Of a stretch of 64,000 bases of DNA, positions 1 through 11,535 are shown in pieces. The DNA is taken from assembly GCF_009914755.1 (NCBI RefSeq), contig NC_060930.1. One strand, 5' to 3'. This DNA comes from the human T2T-CHM13v2.0 reference genome, Homo sapiens. Each line of letters begins with the position of its first letter. The first letter of the stretch is position 1. Under the pieces are notes generated by a model. It was not told where the DNA came from. It saw nothing but the letters and a program-made list of their open reading frames with translations, and did not search any database. The position numbers were made by a program, and so were the translations under genes.

Positions 1-425
1 TCTTTAACCTTTCTTTTGGTAGAGAAGTTTTGAAACACTCTCTTTGTAAAGTCTACAAGTGGATATTTTGAGCCCTTGGAGGCATTCTTTGGAAAAGGGA
101 ATGTCTTCACATAAAAGGCAGACAGAAGTGTTCTCAGAAACTGCTTTGTGATGTCTGTGTTCAACTCACAGAGTTTAACATTTCCTTTGATAGAGCGGTT
201 TAGTAACCCTCTCTTTGTAGAATTTGGAAGTGTATACCAAGAGCGCTTTGAGGCCTATGGTAGAAAAGGAAATATCTTTCCATAAAAGCTAGACAGAAGC
301 AATCTCAGAAACTCCTTTGTGATGTCTGCATTCAACTCACCGAGTGGAACATTCCTCTTGAGAGAGCAGTTTGGAAACACTCTTTCTGTAGAATCAGCTT
401 GTTTGTATTTGGACCTCCTTGAGGC

Positions 426-442
426 CTTCGTTGGAAACGGGT
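426..442 (+). other. CENP-B box 1 of the HOR (intact here; mutated in U15, U16, U17, U20, U21)
   Basis: CTTCGTTGGAAACGGGT fits the core nTTCGnnnnAnnCGGGn. Confidence 0.9.
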
Positions 443-765
443 TTTCATCTTATAAACCCAGACAGAAGAATTCTCAGAGTCTTCTTTGTGATGTGTGCTT
501 TCAACTCACCGAGATAAAGATTTCTCTTGATAGAGCAATTTGGAAACACTCTTTTTGTAGAATTTGCAAGGGTACATTGAGAGCGCTTTCAGGCCTATGG
601 TAGAAAAGGGAATATCTTTCCATAAAAGGTAGACAGAAGCAATCTCAGAAACTACTTTGTGATGTGTGCATTCAACTCACCGAGTGCAACGTTCCTCTTG
701 ACCGAGCAGTTTGGAAACATTGTTTCTGTAGAATCTGCAAGTGGATATTTGGACCTCTTTGAGGC

Positions 766-782
766 CTTCGTTGGAAACGGGA
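766..782 (+). other. CENP-B box 2 of the HOR (recurs in each unit)
   Basis: Perfect CTTCGTTGGAAACGGGA. Confidence 0.95.
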
Positions 783-1105
783 TTTCTTCCTATAAACCCA
801 GACAGAAGAATTCTCAGAGACTTCTTTGTGATGTGTGAATTCAACTCACAGTGTGGATCCTTCCTTTTGATAGAGCAGTTTTGAAACCCTGTTTTTGTAG
901 TATTTCCAAGCGGATATTTGGAACGCCTTGAAGCGTATGGTAGAAAAGGAAATATCTTCCCATAAAACCTAGACAGAGCCAATCTCAGAAACGACTTTGT
1001 GATGACTGCATTCAAGTCACAGAGTTGAACATTTCTCTTGATAGAGCAGTTTTGAAACCCTCTTTCTGAAGGATCTGCAAGTGGATATTTGGAACTCCTT
1101 TGGGT

Positions 1106-1122
1106 CTTCGTTGGAAACGGGA
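1106..1122 (+). other. CENP-B box 3 of the HOR (deleted in the 16-mers; CTTCGCTGG variant in U10-U13)
   Basis: Perfect CTTCGTTGGAAACGGGA preceded by TGGGT. Confidence 0.95.
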
Positions 1123-1442
1123 TTTCTTCGTATAAATCTAGACAGAAGAATTCTCCGAAACTTCTTTGGTTGTGTGCATTCAAGTCACAGAGTGGAACCT
1201 TCCTTTGGATAGAGCAGTTTGAAACGCTGTGGTTGTAGTATTTCCAGGCGGATATTAGAGCGCTTTGAGGCCTATGGTAGAAAAGGAAATATCTTCCCAT
1301 AAAACCTAGACGGAAGCAATCTCAGAAACTACTGTGCGATGGCTGCATTCCACACACACGGTGGAACATTTCTCTTGATAGAGCAGTTTTGAAACACTCT
1401 TTCTGTAGAATCTGCAAGTGGATAATTGGACCGCCTTGAGGC

Positions 1443-1459
1443 CTTCGTTTGAAACGGGA
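1443..1459 (+). other. CENP-B box 4 of the HOR
   Basis: CTTCGTTTGAAACGGGA in U1 (change at a non-core position); canonical in the other units. Confidence 0.88.
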
Positions 1460-1611
1460 TTTCTTCATGTTACCCTAGATAGAAGAATTCTCAAACACTG
1501 CTATGTGATGTTTGCATTCAAGTCACAGAGTGCAACATTCCTCTTGGTAGAGCAGTTGGGAAACACTCCTTTTGTAGAATCTGCAATGGGATATTTGGAC
1601 TTCTTTGAGGC

Positions 1612-1628
1612 CTTCGTTGGAAACGGGA
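1612..1628 (+). other. CENP-B box 5 of the HOR (monomer directly adjacent to box 4)
   Basis: Perfect CTTCGTTGGAAACGGGA, 169 bp after box 4. Confidence 0.95.
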
Positions 1629-1951
1629 TTTCTTCGTATGAATCTAGACAGAAGAATTCTCAGAAACTTCCTTGTGATGTGTGCATTCAACTCAGCGAGT
1701 GGCACCTTCCTTTGGATACAGCAGTTTTGAAACACTGTTTTTGTAGTATTTCCAAGCGGATATTTAGAGCGCCTTGAAGCCTATGCTAGAAATGGAAATA
1801 TCTCCCCATAAAACCAAGACAGAAGCAATCTCAGAAACTAATGTGTGATGGCTGCATTCCACACACATGGTGGACCATTTCTCTTGATAGAGCAGTTTTG
1901 AAACTCTTTTTCTGTAGAATCTGCAAGTGGATAATTGGACCTCCTAGAGGC

Positions 1952-1968
1952 CTTCGTTGGAAACGGGA
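1952..1968 (+). other. CENP-B box 6 of the HOR (CpG lost in U17 and U21)
   Basis: Perfect CTTCGTTGGAAACGGGA. Confidence 0.95.
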
Positions 1969-2290
1969 TTTCTTCATCTAAACCTACAGAGAAGAATTCT
2001 CAGTAACTTCTTCGGATGTGTGCATTCGACTCACAGAATGGAACATTCCCTTTGATAGAGCAGTTTTGAGACACCGTTTTTGTAGAATTCCCAAGTGGAT
2101 ATTTAGAGCACTTTGAAGTCTCTGCTAGAAAAGGAAACATCTTCGTGTAAAAAGTAGATAGAATCGTTCTCAGAAAGTGCTTAGTGACGTGTGCGTTCAA
2201 CTCACAGAGTTTAACGTTTCTTTTGATAGAGCGTTTCTGAAACACCCTTCTTGTAGTAGCTGCAAGTGGATATTTGGACCTATTGGAGGC

Positions 2291-2307
2291 CTTCTTTGGA
2301 AATGGGA
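2291..2307 (+). other. Degenerate CENP-B box (both CpGs lost)
   Basis: CTTCTTTGGAAATGGGA at the B-box position; fails the core motif. Confidence 0.85.
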
Positions 2308-2800
2308 TTTCTTCATGTAACTCTAGATTGAAGAATTCTCAGAAACTCCTTTGTGATGTGTGCATTCAATTCAAAGAGTGAAACCTCCCTTTTCACAGAG
2401 CAGTTTTGAAACACTGTTTTTGTAGGATTTCCAAGGGGATATTTATAGCGCATTGAGCCTACGGCGGAAAAAGAAACATCTTCCTATAAAAACTAGACAG
2501 AATACTTCTCAGAATCTGCTTTGCGATGTGTGCGTTCAACTCACAGAGTAAAACTTTTCTTTTGATAGAGCAGTTTTGAAACACTCTTTTTGTAGCATTT
2601 GCATGTGTATATTTAGAGCGCATTGAAGCCCACAGTAGAAAAGGAAATAACTTCACCTAAAACCTAGACAGAAGCAATCTCAGAAACTACTTTGTGATGT
2701 GTACATTCAACTCACAGAGTGGAACTTTCCTCTTTATAGAGCAGTGTTGAAACACTCTTTTTGTAGAAACTGCAAGTGGATATTTGGACCTCTTTGAGGC

Positions 2801-2817
2801 CTTCGTTGGAAACGGGA
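2801..2817 (+). other. CENP-B box 7 (intact) of the HOR
   Basis: Perfect CTTCGTTGGAAACGGGA. Confidence 0.95.
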
Positions 2818-3140
2818 TTTCTTCCTGTAACCCTAGACAGAAGAATTCTCAGAAACCTCATTGTGATGTGTGCGTTCATCTCACAGAGTGGAGTCTTCCG
2901 TTTGATAGAGAAGTTTTGCAACCCTGTTCTTGTAGGATTTCCAAGTGGATATTTAGACCACTTTGAAGCCTATGATAGAAAAGGAAACATCTTCATGGAA
3001 AACATAGATAGAATCATTCTCAGAAACAACTTTGTGATTTGTGTGTTGAACTCACCGTCTTTAACCTTTCTTTTGGTAGAGAAGTTTTGAAACACTCTCT
3101 TTGTAAAGTCTACAAGTGGATATTTTGAGCCCTTGGAGGC

Positions 3141-3157
3141 ATTCTTTGGAAAAGAGA
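3141..3157 (+). other. Second degenerate CENP-B box
   Basis: ATTCTTTGGAAAAGAGA in U1 (ATTCTTTGGAAAAGGGA elsewhere); no CpGs. Confidence 0.8.
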
Positions 3158-3375
3158 ATGTCGTCACATAAAAGGCAGACAGAAGTGTTCTCAGAAACTG
3201 CTTTGTGATGTCTGTGTTCAACTCACAGAGTTTAACATTTCCTTTGATAGAGCGGTTTAGTAACCCTCTCTTTGTAGAATTTGGAAGTGTATACTAAGAG
3301 CGCTTTGAGGCCTATGGTAGAAAAGGAAATATCTTTCCATAAAAGCTAGACAGAAGCAATCTCAGAAACTCCTTT

Positions 3376-6300
3376 GTGATGTCTGCATTCAACTCACCGA
3401 GTGGAACATTCCTCTTGATAGAGCAGTTTGGAAACACTCTTTCTGTAGAATCAGCTTGTTTGTATTTGGACCTCCTTGAGGCCTTCGTTGGAAACGGGTT
3501 TTCATCTTATAAACCCAGACAGAGGAATTCTCAGAGTCTTCTTTGTGATGTGTGCTTTCAACTCACCGAGATAAAGATTTCTCTTGATAGAGCAATTTGG
3601 AAACACTCTTTTTGTAGAATTTGCAAGGGTACATTGAGAGCGCTTTCAGGCCTATGGTAGAAAAGGGAATATCTTTCCATAAAAGGTAGACAGAAGCAAT
3701 CTCAGAAACTACTTTGTGATGTGTGCATTCAACTCACCGAGTGCAACGTTCCTCTTGACCGAGCAGTTTGGAAACATTGTTTCTGTAGAATCTGCAAGTG
3801 GATATTTGGACCTCTTTGAGGCCTTCGTTGGAAACGGGATTTCTTCCTATAAACCCAGACAGAAGAATTCTCAGAGACTTCTTTGTGATGTGTGAATTCA
3901 ACTCACAGTGTGGATCCTTCCTTTTGATAGAGCAGTTTTGAAACCCTGTTTTTGTAGTATTTCCAAGCGGATATTTGGAACGCCTTGAAGCGTATGGTAG
4001 AAAAGGAAATATCTTCCCATAAAACCTAGACGGAAGCAATCTCAGAAACTACTGTGTGATGGCTGCATTCCACACACACGGTGGAACATTTCTCTTGATA
4101 GAGCAGTTTTGAAACACTCTTTCAGTAGAATCTGCAAGTGGATAATTGGACTGCCTCGAGGCCTTCGTTGGAAACGGGATTTCTTCATGTTACTCTAGAT
4201 AGAAGAATTCTCAAACACTGCTATGTGATGTTTGCATTCAAGTCACAGAGTGCAACATTCCTCTTGGTAGAGCAGTTGGGAAACACTCCTTTTGTAGAAT
4301 CTGCAATGGGATATTTGGACTTCTTTGAGGCCTTCGTTGGAAACGGGATTTCTTCGTATGAATCTAGACAGAAGAATTCTCAGAAACTTCCTTGTGATGT
4401 GTGCATTCAACTCAGCGAGTGGCACCTTCCTTTGGATACAGCAGTTTTGAAACACTGTTTTTGTAGTATTTCCAAGCGGATATTTAGAGCGCCTTGAAGC
4501 CTATGCTAGAAATGGAAATAGCTCCCCATAAAACCAAGACAGAAGCAATCTCAGAAACTAATGTGTGATGGCTGCATTCCACACACACGGTGGACCATTT
4601 CTCTTGATAGAGCAGTTTTGAAACACTCTTTCTGTAGAATCTGCAAGTGGATAATTGGACCTCCTAGAGGCCTTCGTTGGAAACGGGATTTCTTCATCTA
4701 AACCTACAGAGAAGAATTCTCAGTAACTTCTTCGGATGTGTGCATTCGACTCACAGAATGGAACATTCCCTTTGATAGAGCAGTTTTGAGACACCGTTTT
4801 TGTAGGATTCCCAAGTGGATATTTAGAGCACTTTGAAGTCTCTGCTGGAAAAGGAAACATCTTCATGTAAAAAGTAGATAGAATCGTTCTCAGAAAGTGC
4901 TTAGTGACGTGTGCGTTCAACTCACAGAGTTTAACGTTTCTTTTGATAGAGCGTTTCTGAAACACCCTTCTTGTAGTAGCTGCAAGTGGATATTTGGACC
5001 TATTGGAGGCCTTCTTTGGAAATGGGATTTCTTCATGTAACTCTAGATTGAAGAATTCTCAGAAACTCCTTTGTGATGTGTGCATTCAATTCAAAGAGTG
5101 AAACCTCCCTTTTCACAGAGCAGTTTTGAAACACTGTTTTTGTAGGATTTCCAAGGGGATATTTATAGCGCATTGAGCCTACGGCGGAAAAAGAAACATC
5201 TTCCTATAAAAACTAGACAGAATACTTCTCAGAATCTGCTTTGCGATGTGTGCGTTCAACTCACAGAGTAAAACTTTTCTTTTGATAGAGCAGTTTTGAA
5301 ACACTCTTTTTGTAGTATTTGCATGTGTATATTTAGAGCGCATTGAAGCCCACAGTAGAAAAGGAAATAACTTCACCTAAAACCTAGACAGAAGCAATCT
5401 CAGAAACTACTTTGTGATGTGTACATTCAACTCACAGAGTGGAACTTTCCTCTTTATAGAGCAGTGTTGAAACACTCTTTTTGTAGAAACTGCAAGTGGA
5501 TATTTGGACCTCTTTGAGGCCTTCGTTGGAAACGGGATTTCTTCCTGTAACCCTAGACAGAAGAATTTTCAGAAACCTCATTGTGATGTGTGCGTTCATC
5601 TCACAGAGTGGAGTCTTCCGTTTGATAGAGAAGTTTTGAAACCCTGTTCTTGTAGGATTTCCAAGTGGATATTTAGACCACTTTGAAGCCTATGATAGAA
5701 AAGGAAACATCTTCATGGAAAACATAGATAGAATCATTCTCAGAAACAACTTTGTGATGTGTGCGTTGAACTCACCGTCTTTAACCTTTCTTTTGGTAGA
5801 GAAGTTTTGAAACACTCTCTTTGTAAAGTCTACAAGTGGATATTTTGAGCCCTTGGAGGCATTCTTTGGAAAAGGGAATGTCTTCACATAAAAGGCAGAC
5901 AGAAGTGTTCTCAGAAACTGCTTTGTGATGTCTGTGTTCAACTCACAGAGTTTAACATTTCCTTTGATAGAGCGGTTTAGTAACCCTCTCTTTGTAGAAT
6001 TTGGAAGTGTATACTAAGAGCGCTTTGAGGCCTATGGTAGAAAAGGAAATATCTTTCCATAAAAGCTAGACAGAAGCAATCTCAGAAACTCCTTTGTGAT
6101 GTCTGCATTCAACTCACCGAGTGGAACATTCCTCTTGATAGAGCAGTTTGGAAACACTCTTTCTGTAGAATCAGCTTGTTTGTATTTGGACCTCCTTGAG
6201 GCCTTCGTTGGAAACGGGTTTTCATCTTATAAACCCAGACAGAAGAATTCTCAGAGTCTTCTTTGTGATGTGTGCTTTCAACTCACCGAGATAAAGATTT

Positions 6301-9300
6301 CTCTTGATAGAGCAATTTGGAAACACTCTTTTTGTAGAATTTGCAAGGGTACATTGAGAGCGCTTTCAGGCCTATGGTAGAAAAGGGAATATCTTTCCAT
6401 AAAAGGTAGACAGAAGCAATCTCAGAAACTACTTTGTGATGTGTGCATTCAACTCACCGAGTGCAACGTTCCTCTTGACCGAGCAGTTTGGAAACATTGT
6501 TTCTGTAGAATCTGCAAGTGGATATTTGGACCTCTTTGAGGCCTTCGTTGGAAACGGGATTTCTTCCTATAAACCCAGACAGAAGAATTCTCAGAGACTT
6601 CTTTGTGATGTGTGAATTCAACTCACAGTGTGGATCCTTCCTTTTGATAGAGCAGTTTTGAAACCCTGTTTTTGTAGTATTTCCAAGCGGATATTTGGAA
6701 CGCCTTGAAGCGTATGGTAGAAAAGGAAATATCTTCCCATAAAACCTAGACGGAAGCAATCTCAGAAACTACTGTGTGATGGCTGCATTCCACACACACG
6801 GTGGAACATTTCTCTTGATAGAGCAGTTTTGAAACACTCTTTCTGTAGAATCTGCAAGTGGATAATTGGACTGCCTCGAGGCCTTCGTTGGAAACGGGAT
6901 TTCTTCATGTTACTCTAGATAGAAGAATTCTCAAACACTGCTATGTGATGTTTGCATTCAAGTCACAGAGTGCAACATTCCTCTTGGTAGAGCAGTTGGG
7001 AAACACTCCTTTTGTAGAATCTGCAATGGGATATTTGGACTTCTTTGAGGCCTTCGTTGGAAACGGGATTTCTTCGTATGAATCTAGACAGAAGAATTCT
7101 CAGAAACTTCCTTGTGATGTGTGCATTCAACTCAGCGAGTGGCACCTTCCTTTGGATACAGCAGTTTTGAAACACTGTTTTTGTAGTATTTCCAAGCAGA
7201 TATTTAGAACGCCTTGAAGCCTATGCTAGAAATGGAAATATCTCCCCATAAAACCAAGACAGAAGCAATCTCAGAAACTAATGTGTGATGGCTGCATTCC
7301 ACACACACGGTGGACCATTTCTCTTGATAGAGCAGTTTTGAAACACTCTTTCTGTAGAATCTGCAAGTGGATAATTGGACCTCCTAGAGGCCTTCGTTGG
7401 AAACGGGATTTCTTCATCTAAACCTACAGAGAAGAATTCTCAGTAACTTCTTCGGATGTGTGCATTCGACTCACAGAATGGAACATTCCCTTTGATAGAG
7501 CAGTTTTGAGACACCGTTTTTGTAGAATTCCCAAGTGGATATTTAGAGCACTTTGAAGTCTCTGCTAGAAAAGGAAACATCTTCATGTAAAAAGTAGATA
7601 GAATCGTTCTCAGAAAGTGCTTAGTGACGTGTGCGTTCAACTCACAGAGTTTAACGTTTCTTTTGATAGAGCGTTTCTGAAACACCCTTCGTGTAGTAGC
7701 TGCAAGTGGATATTTGGACCTATTGGAGGCCTTCTTTGGAAATGGGATTTCTTCATGTAACTCTAGATTGAAGAATTCTCAGAAACTCCTTTGTGATGTG
7801 TGCATTCAATTCAAAGAGTGAAACCTCCCTTTTCACAGAGCAGTTTTGAAACACTGTGTTTGTAGGATTTCCAAGGGGATATTTATAGCGCATTGAGCCT
7901 ACGGCGGAAAAAGAAACATCTTCCTATAAAAACTAGACAGAATACTTCTCAGAATCTGCTTTGCGATGTGTGTGTTCAACTCACAGAGTAAAACTTTTCT
8001 TTTGATAGAGCAGTTTTGAAACACTCTTTTTGTAGTATTTGCATGTGTATATTTAGAGCGCATTGAAGCCCACAGTAGAAAAGGAAATAACTTCACCTAA
8101 AACCTAGACAGAAGCAATCTCAGAAACTACTTTGTGATGTGTACATTCAACTCACAGAGTGGAACTTTCCTCTTTATAGAGCAGTGTTGAAACACTCTTT
8201 TTGTAGAAACTGCAAGTGGATATTTGGACCTCTTTGAGGCCTTCGTTGGAAACGGGATTTCTTCCTGTAACCCTAGACAGAAGAATTTTCAGAAACCTCA
8301 TTGTGATGTGTGCGTTCATCTCACAGAGTGGAGTCTTCCGTTTGATAGAGAAGTTTTGCAACCCTGTTCTTGTAGGATTTCCAAGTGGATATTTAGACCA
8401 CTTTGAAGCCTATGATAGAAAAGGAAACATCTTCATGGAAAACATAGATAGAATCATTCTCAGAAACAACTTTGTGATGTGTGCGTTGAACTCACCGTCT
8501 TTAACCTTTCTTTTGGTAGAGAAGTTTTGAAACACTCTCTTTGTAAAGTCTACAAGTGGATATTTTGAGCCCTTGGAGGCATTCTTTGGAAAAGGGAATG
8601 TCTTCACATAAAAGGCAGACAGAAGTGTTCTCAGAAACTGCTTTGTGATGTCTGTGTTCAACTCACAGAGTTTAACATTTCCTTTGATAGAGCGGTTTAG
8701 TAACCCTCTCTTTGTAGAATTTGGAAGTGTATACTAAGAGCGCTTTGAGGCCTATGGTAGAAAAGGAAATATCTTTCCATAAAAGCTAGACAGAACCAAT
8801 CTCAGAAACTCCTTTGTGATGTCTGCATTCAACTCACCGAGTGGAACATTCCTCTTGATAGAGCAGTTTGGAAACACTCTTTCTGTAGAATCAGCTTGTT
8901 TGTATTTGGACCTCCTTGAGGCCTTCGTTGGAAACGGGTTTTCATCTTATAAACCCAGACAGAAGAATTCTCAGAGTCTTCTTTGTGATGTGTGCTTTCA
9001 ACTCACCGAGATAAAGATTTCTCTTGATAGAGCAATTTGGAAACACTCTTTTTGTAGAATTTGCAAGGGTACATTGAGAGCGCTTTCAGGCCTATGGTAG
9101 AAAAGGGAATATCTTTCCATAAAAGGTAGACAGAAGCAATCTCAGAAACTACTTTGTGATGTGTGCATTCAACTCACCGAGTGCAACGTTCCTCTTGACC
9201 GAGCAGTTTGGAAACATTGTTTCTGTAGAATCTGCAAGTGGATATTTGGACCTCTTTGAGGCCTTCGTTGGAAACGGGATTTCTTCCTATAAACCCAGAC

Positions 9301-11535
9301 AGAAGAATTCTCAGAGACTTCTTTGTGATGTGTGAATTCAACTCACAGTGTGGATCCTTCCTTTTGATAGAGCAGTTTTGAAACCCTGTTTTTGTAGTAT
9401 TTCCAAGCGGATATTTGGAACGCCTTGAAGCGTATGGTAGAAAAGGAAATATCTTCCCATAAAACCTAGACGGAAGCAATCTCAGAAACTACTGTGTGAT
9501 GGCTGCATTCCACACACACGGTGGAACATTTCTCTTGATAGAGCAGTTTTGAAACACTCTTTCTGTAGAATCTGCAAGTGGATAATTGGACTGCCTCGAG
9601 GCCTTCGTTGGAAACGGGATTTCTTCATGTTACTCTAGATAGAAGAATTCTCAAACACTGCTATGTGATGTTTGCATTCAAGTCACAGAGTGCAACATTC
9701 CTCTTGGTAGAGCAGTTGGGAAACACTCCTTTTGTAGAATCTGCAATGGGATATTTGGACTTCTTTGAGGCCTTCGTTGGAAACGGGATTTCTTCGTATG
9801 AATCTAGACAGAAGAATTCTCAGAAACTTCCTTGTGATGTGTGCATTCAACTCAGCGAGTGGCACCTTCCTTTGGATACAGCAGTTTTGAAACACTGTTT
9901 TTGTAGTATTTCCAAGCAGATATTTAGAACGCCTTGAAGCCTATGCTAGAAATGGAAATATCTCCCCATAAAACCAAGACAGAAGCAATCTCAGAAACTA
10001 ATGTGTGATGGCTGCATTCCACACACACGGTGGACCATTTCTCTTGATAGAGCAGTTTTGAAACACTCTTTCTGTAGAATCTGCAAGTGGATAATTGGAC
10101 CTCCTAGAGGCCTTCGTTGGAAACGGGATTTCTTCATCTAAACCTACAGAGAAGAATTCTCAGTAACTTCTTCGGATGTGTGCATTCGACTCACAGAATG
10201 GAACATTCCCTTTGATAGAGCAGTTTTGAGACACCGTTTTTGTAGAATTCCCAAGTGGATATTTAGAGCACTTTGAAGTCTCTGCTAGAAAAGGAAACAT
10301 CTTCATGTAAAAAGTAGATAGAATCGTTCTCAGAAAGTGCTTAGTGACGTGTGCGTTCAACTCACAGAGTTTAACGTTTCTTTTGATAGAGCGTTTCTGA
10401 AACACCCTTCGTGTAGTAGCTGCAAGTGGATATTTGGACCTATTGGAGGCCTTCTTTGGAAATGGGATTTCTTCATGTAACTCTAGATTGAAGAATTCTC
10501 AGAAACTCCTTTGTGATGTGTGCATTCAATTCAAAGAGTGAAACCTCCCTTTTCACAGAGCAGTTTTGAAACACTGTGTTTGTAGGATTTCCAAGGGGAT
10601 ATTTATAGCGCATTGAGCCTACGGCGGAAAAAGAAACATCTTCCTATAAAAACTAGACAGAATACTTCTCAGAATCTGCTTTGCGATGTGTGTGTTCAAC
10701 TCACAGAGTAAAACTTTTCTTTTGATAGAGCAGTTTTGAAACACTCTTTTTGTAGTATTTGCATGTGTATATTTAGAGCGCATTGAAGCCCACAGTAGAA
10801 AAGGAAATAACTTCACCTAAAACCTAGACAGAAGCAATCTCAGAAACTACTTTGTGATGTGTACATTCAACTCACAGAGTGGAACTTTCCTCTTTATAGA
10901 GCAGTGTTGAAACACTCTTTTTGTAGAAACTGCAAGTGGATATTTGGACCTCTTTGAGGCCTTCGTTGGAAACGGGATTTCTTCCTGTAACCCTAGACAG
11001 AAGAATTTTCAGAAACCTCATTGTGATGTGTGCGTTCATCTCACAGAGTGGAGTCTTCCGTTTGATAGAGAAGTTTTGCAACCCTGTTCTTGTAGGATTT
11101 CCAAGTGGATATTTAGACCACTTTGAAGCCTATGATAGAAAAGGAAACATCTTCATGGAAAACATAGATAGAATCATTCTCAGAAACAACTTTGTGATGT
11201 GTGCGTTGAACTCACCGTCTTTAACCTTTCTTTTGGTAGAGAAGTTTTGAAACACTCTCTTTGTAAAGTCTACAAGTGGATATTTTGAGCCCTTGGAGGC
11301 ATTCTTTGGAAAAGGGAATGTCTTCACATAAAAGGCAGACAGAAGTGTTCTCAGAAACTGCTTTGTGATGTCTGTGTTCAACTCACAGAGTTTAACATTT
11401 CCTTTGATAGAGCGGTTTAGTAACCCTCTCTTTGTAGAATTTGGAAGTGTATACTAAGAGCGCTTTGAGGCCTATGGTAGAAAAGGTAATATCTTTCCAT
11501 AAAAGCTAGACAGAACCAATCTCAGAAACTCCTTT
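3376..11535 (+). repeat. Three tandem 16-mer HOR structural variants (2720 bp each; U2-U4)
   Basis: Spacing 3376->6096->8816->11536 is 2720 bp, which is 337 bp (two monomers) short. The segment equivalent to 975-1311 of U1 is absent. Junctions at 3993-4031, 6713-6751 and 9433-9471. Confidence 0.96.

Larger units (their letters stand above)
319..3375 (+). repeat. HOR unit U1, full-length 18-mer (arbitrary phase), divergent copy
   Basis: 3057 bp to the next equivalent position (3376). Nine B-type (CENP-B-box position) and nine A-type monomers. About 16 variants not seen in the other units. Confidence 0.93.

Noticed and set aside
450-460. TATAAA motifs as possible promoters
   Set aside because: Expected by chance in AT-rich satellite, with no supporting downstream gene structure. 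Alpha-satellite transcription exists but cannot be located from sequence here.
380-480. Short dyads and palindromes (TTCTGTAGAA, AGAATTCT, AGGCCT)
   Set aside because: These are ordinary short alphoid dyads. There is no long inverted repeat or strand switch, and non-B structure cannot be supported from sequence alone.
677-1300. 207 aa minus-strand ORF recurring in every 18-mer (101 aa in 16-mers), and the other 60-119 aa ORFs
   Set aside because: These are translations of satellite monomers with internally repeated peptides (FQNCSIKR), overlapping on both strands, with no recognisable domain. Their conservation simply follows DNA identity between HOR copies.
1351-1360. CACACACAC tract
   Set aside because: Too short to be a microsatellite, invariant in length, and part of the monomer sequence.
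426-2817. Regularly spaced CTTCGTTGGAAACGGGA motif resembling a CRISPR repeat
   Set aside because: The intervening sequences are homologous monomers of 150-830 bp rather than unique spacers, there are no cas genes, and the motif is the CENP-B box.
3376-11535. 2.7 kb 16-mer interpreted as chromosome 17 D17Z1 or chromosome 7 alphoid
   Set aside because: These units are near-identical to the flanking 18-mer apart from one 337 bp deletion, so the size match is coincidental.
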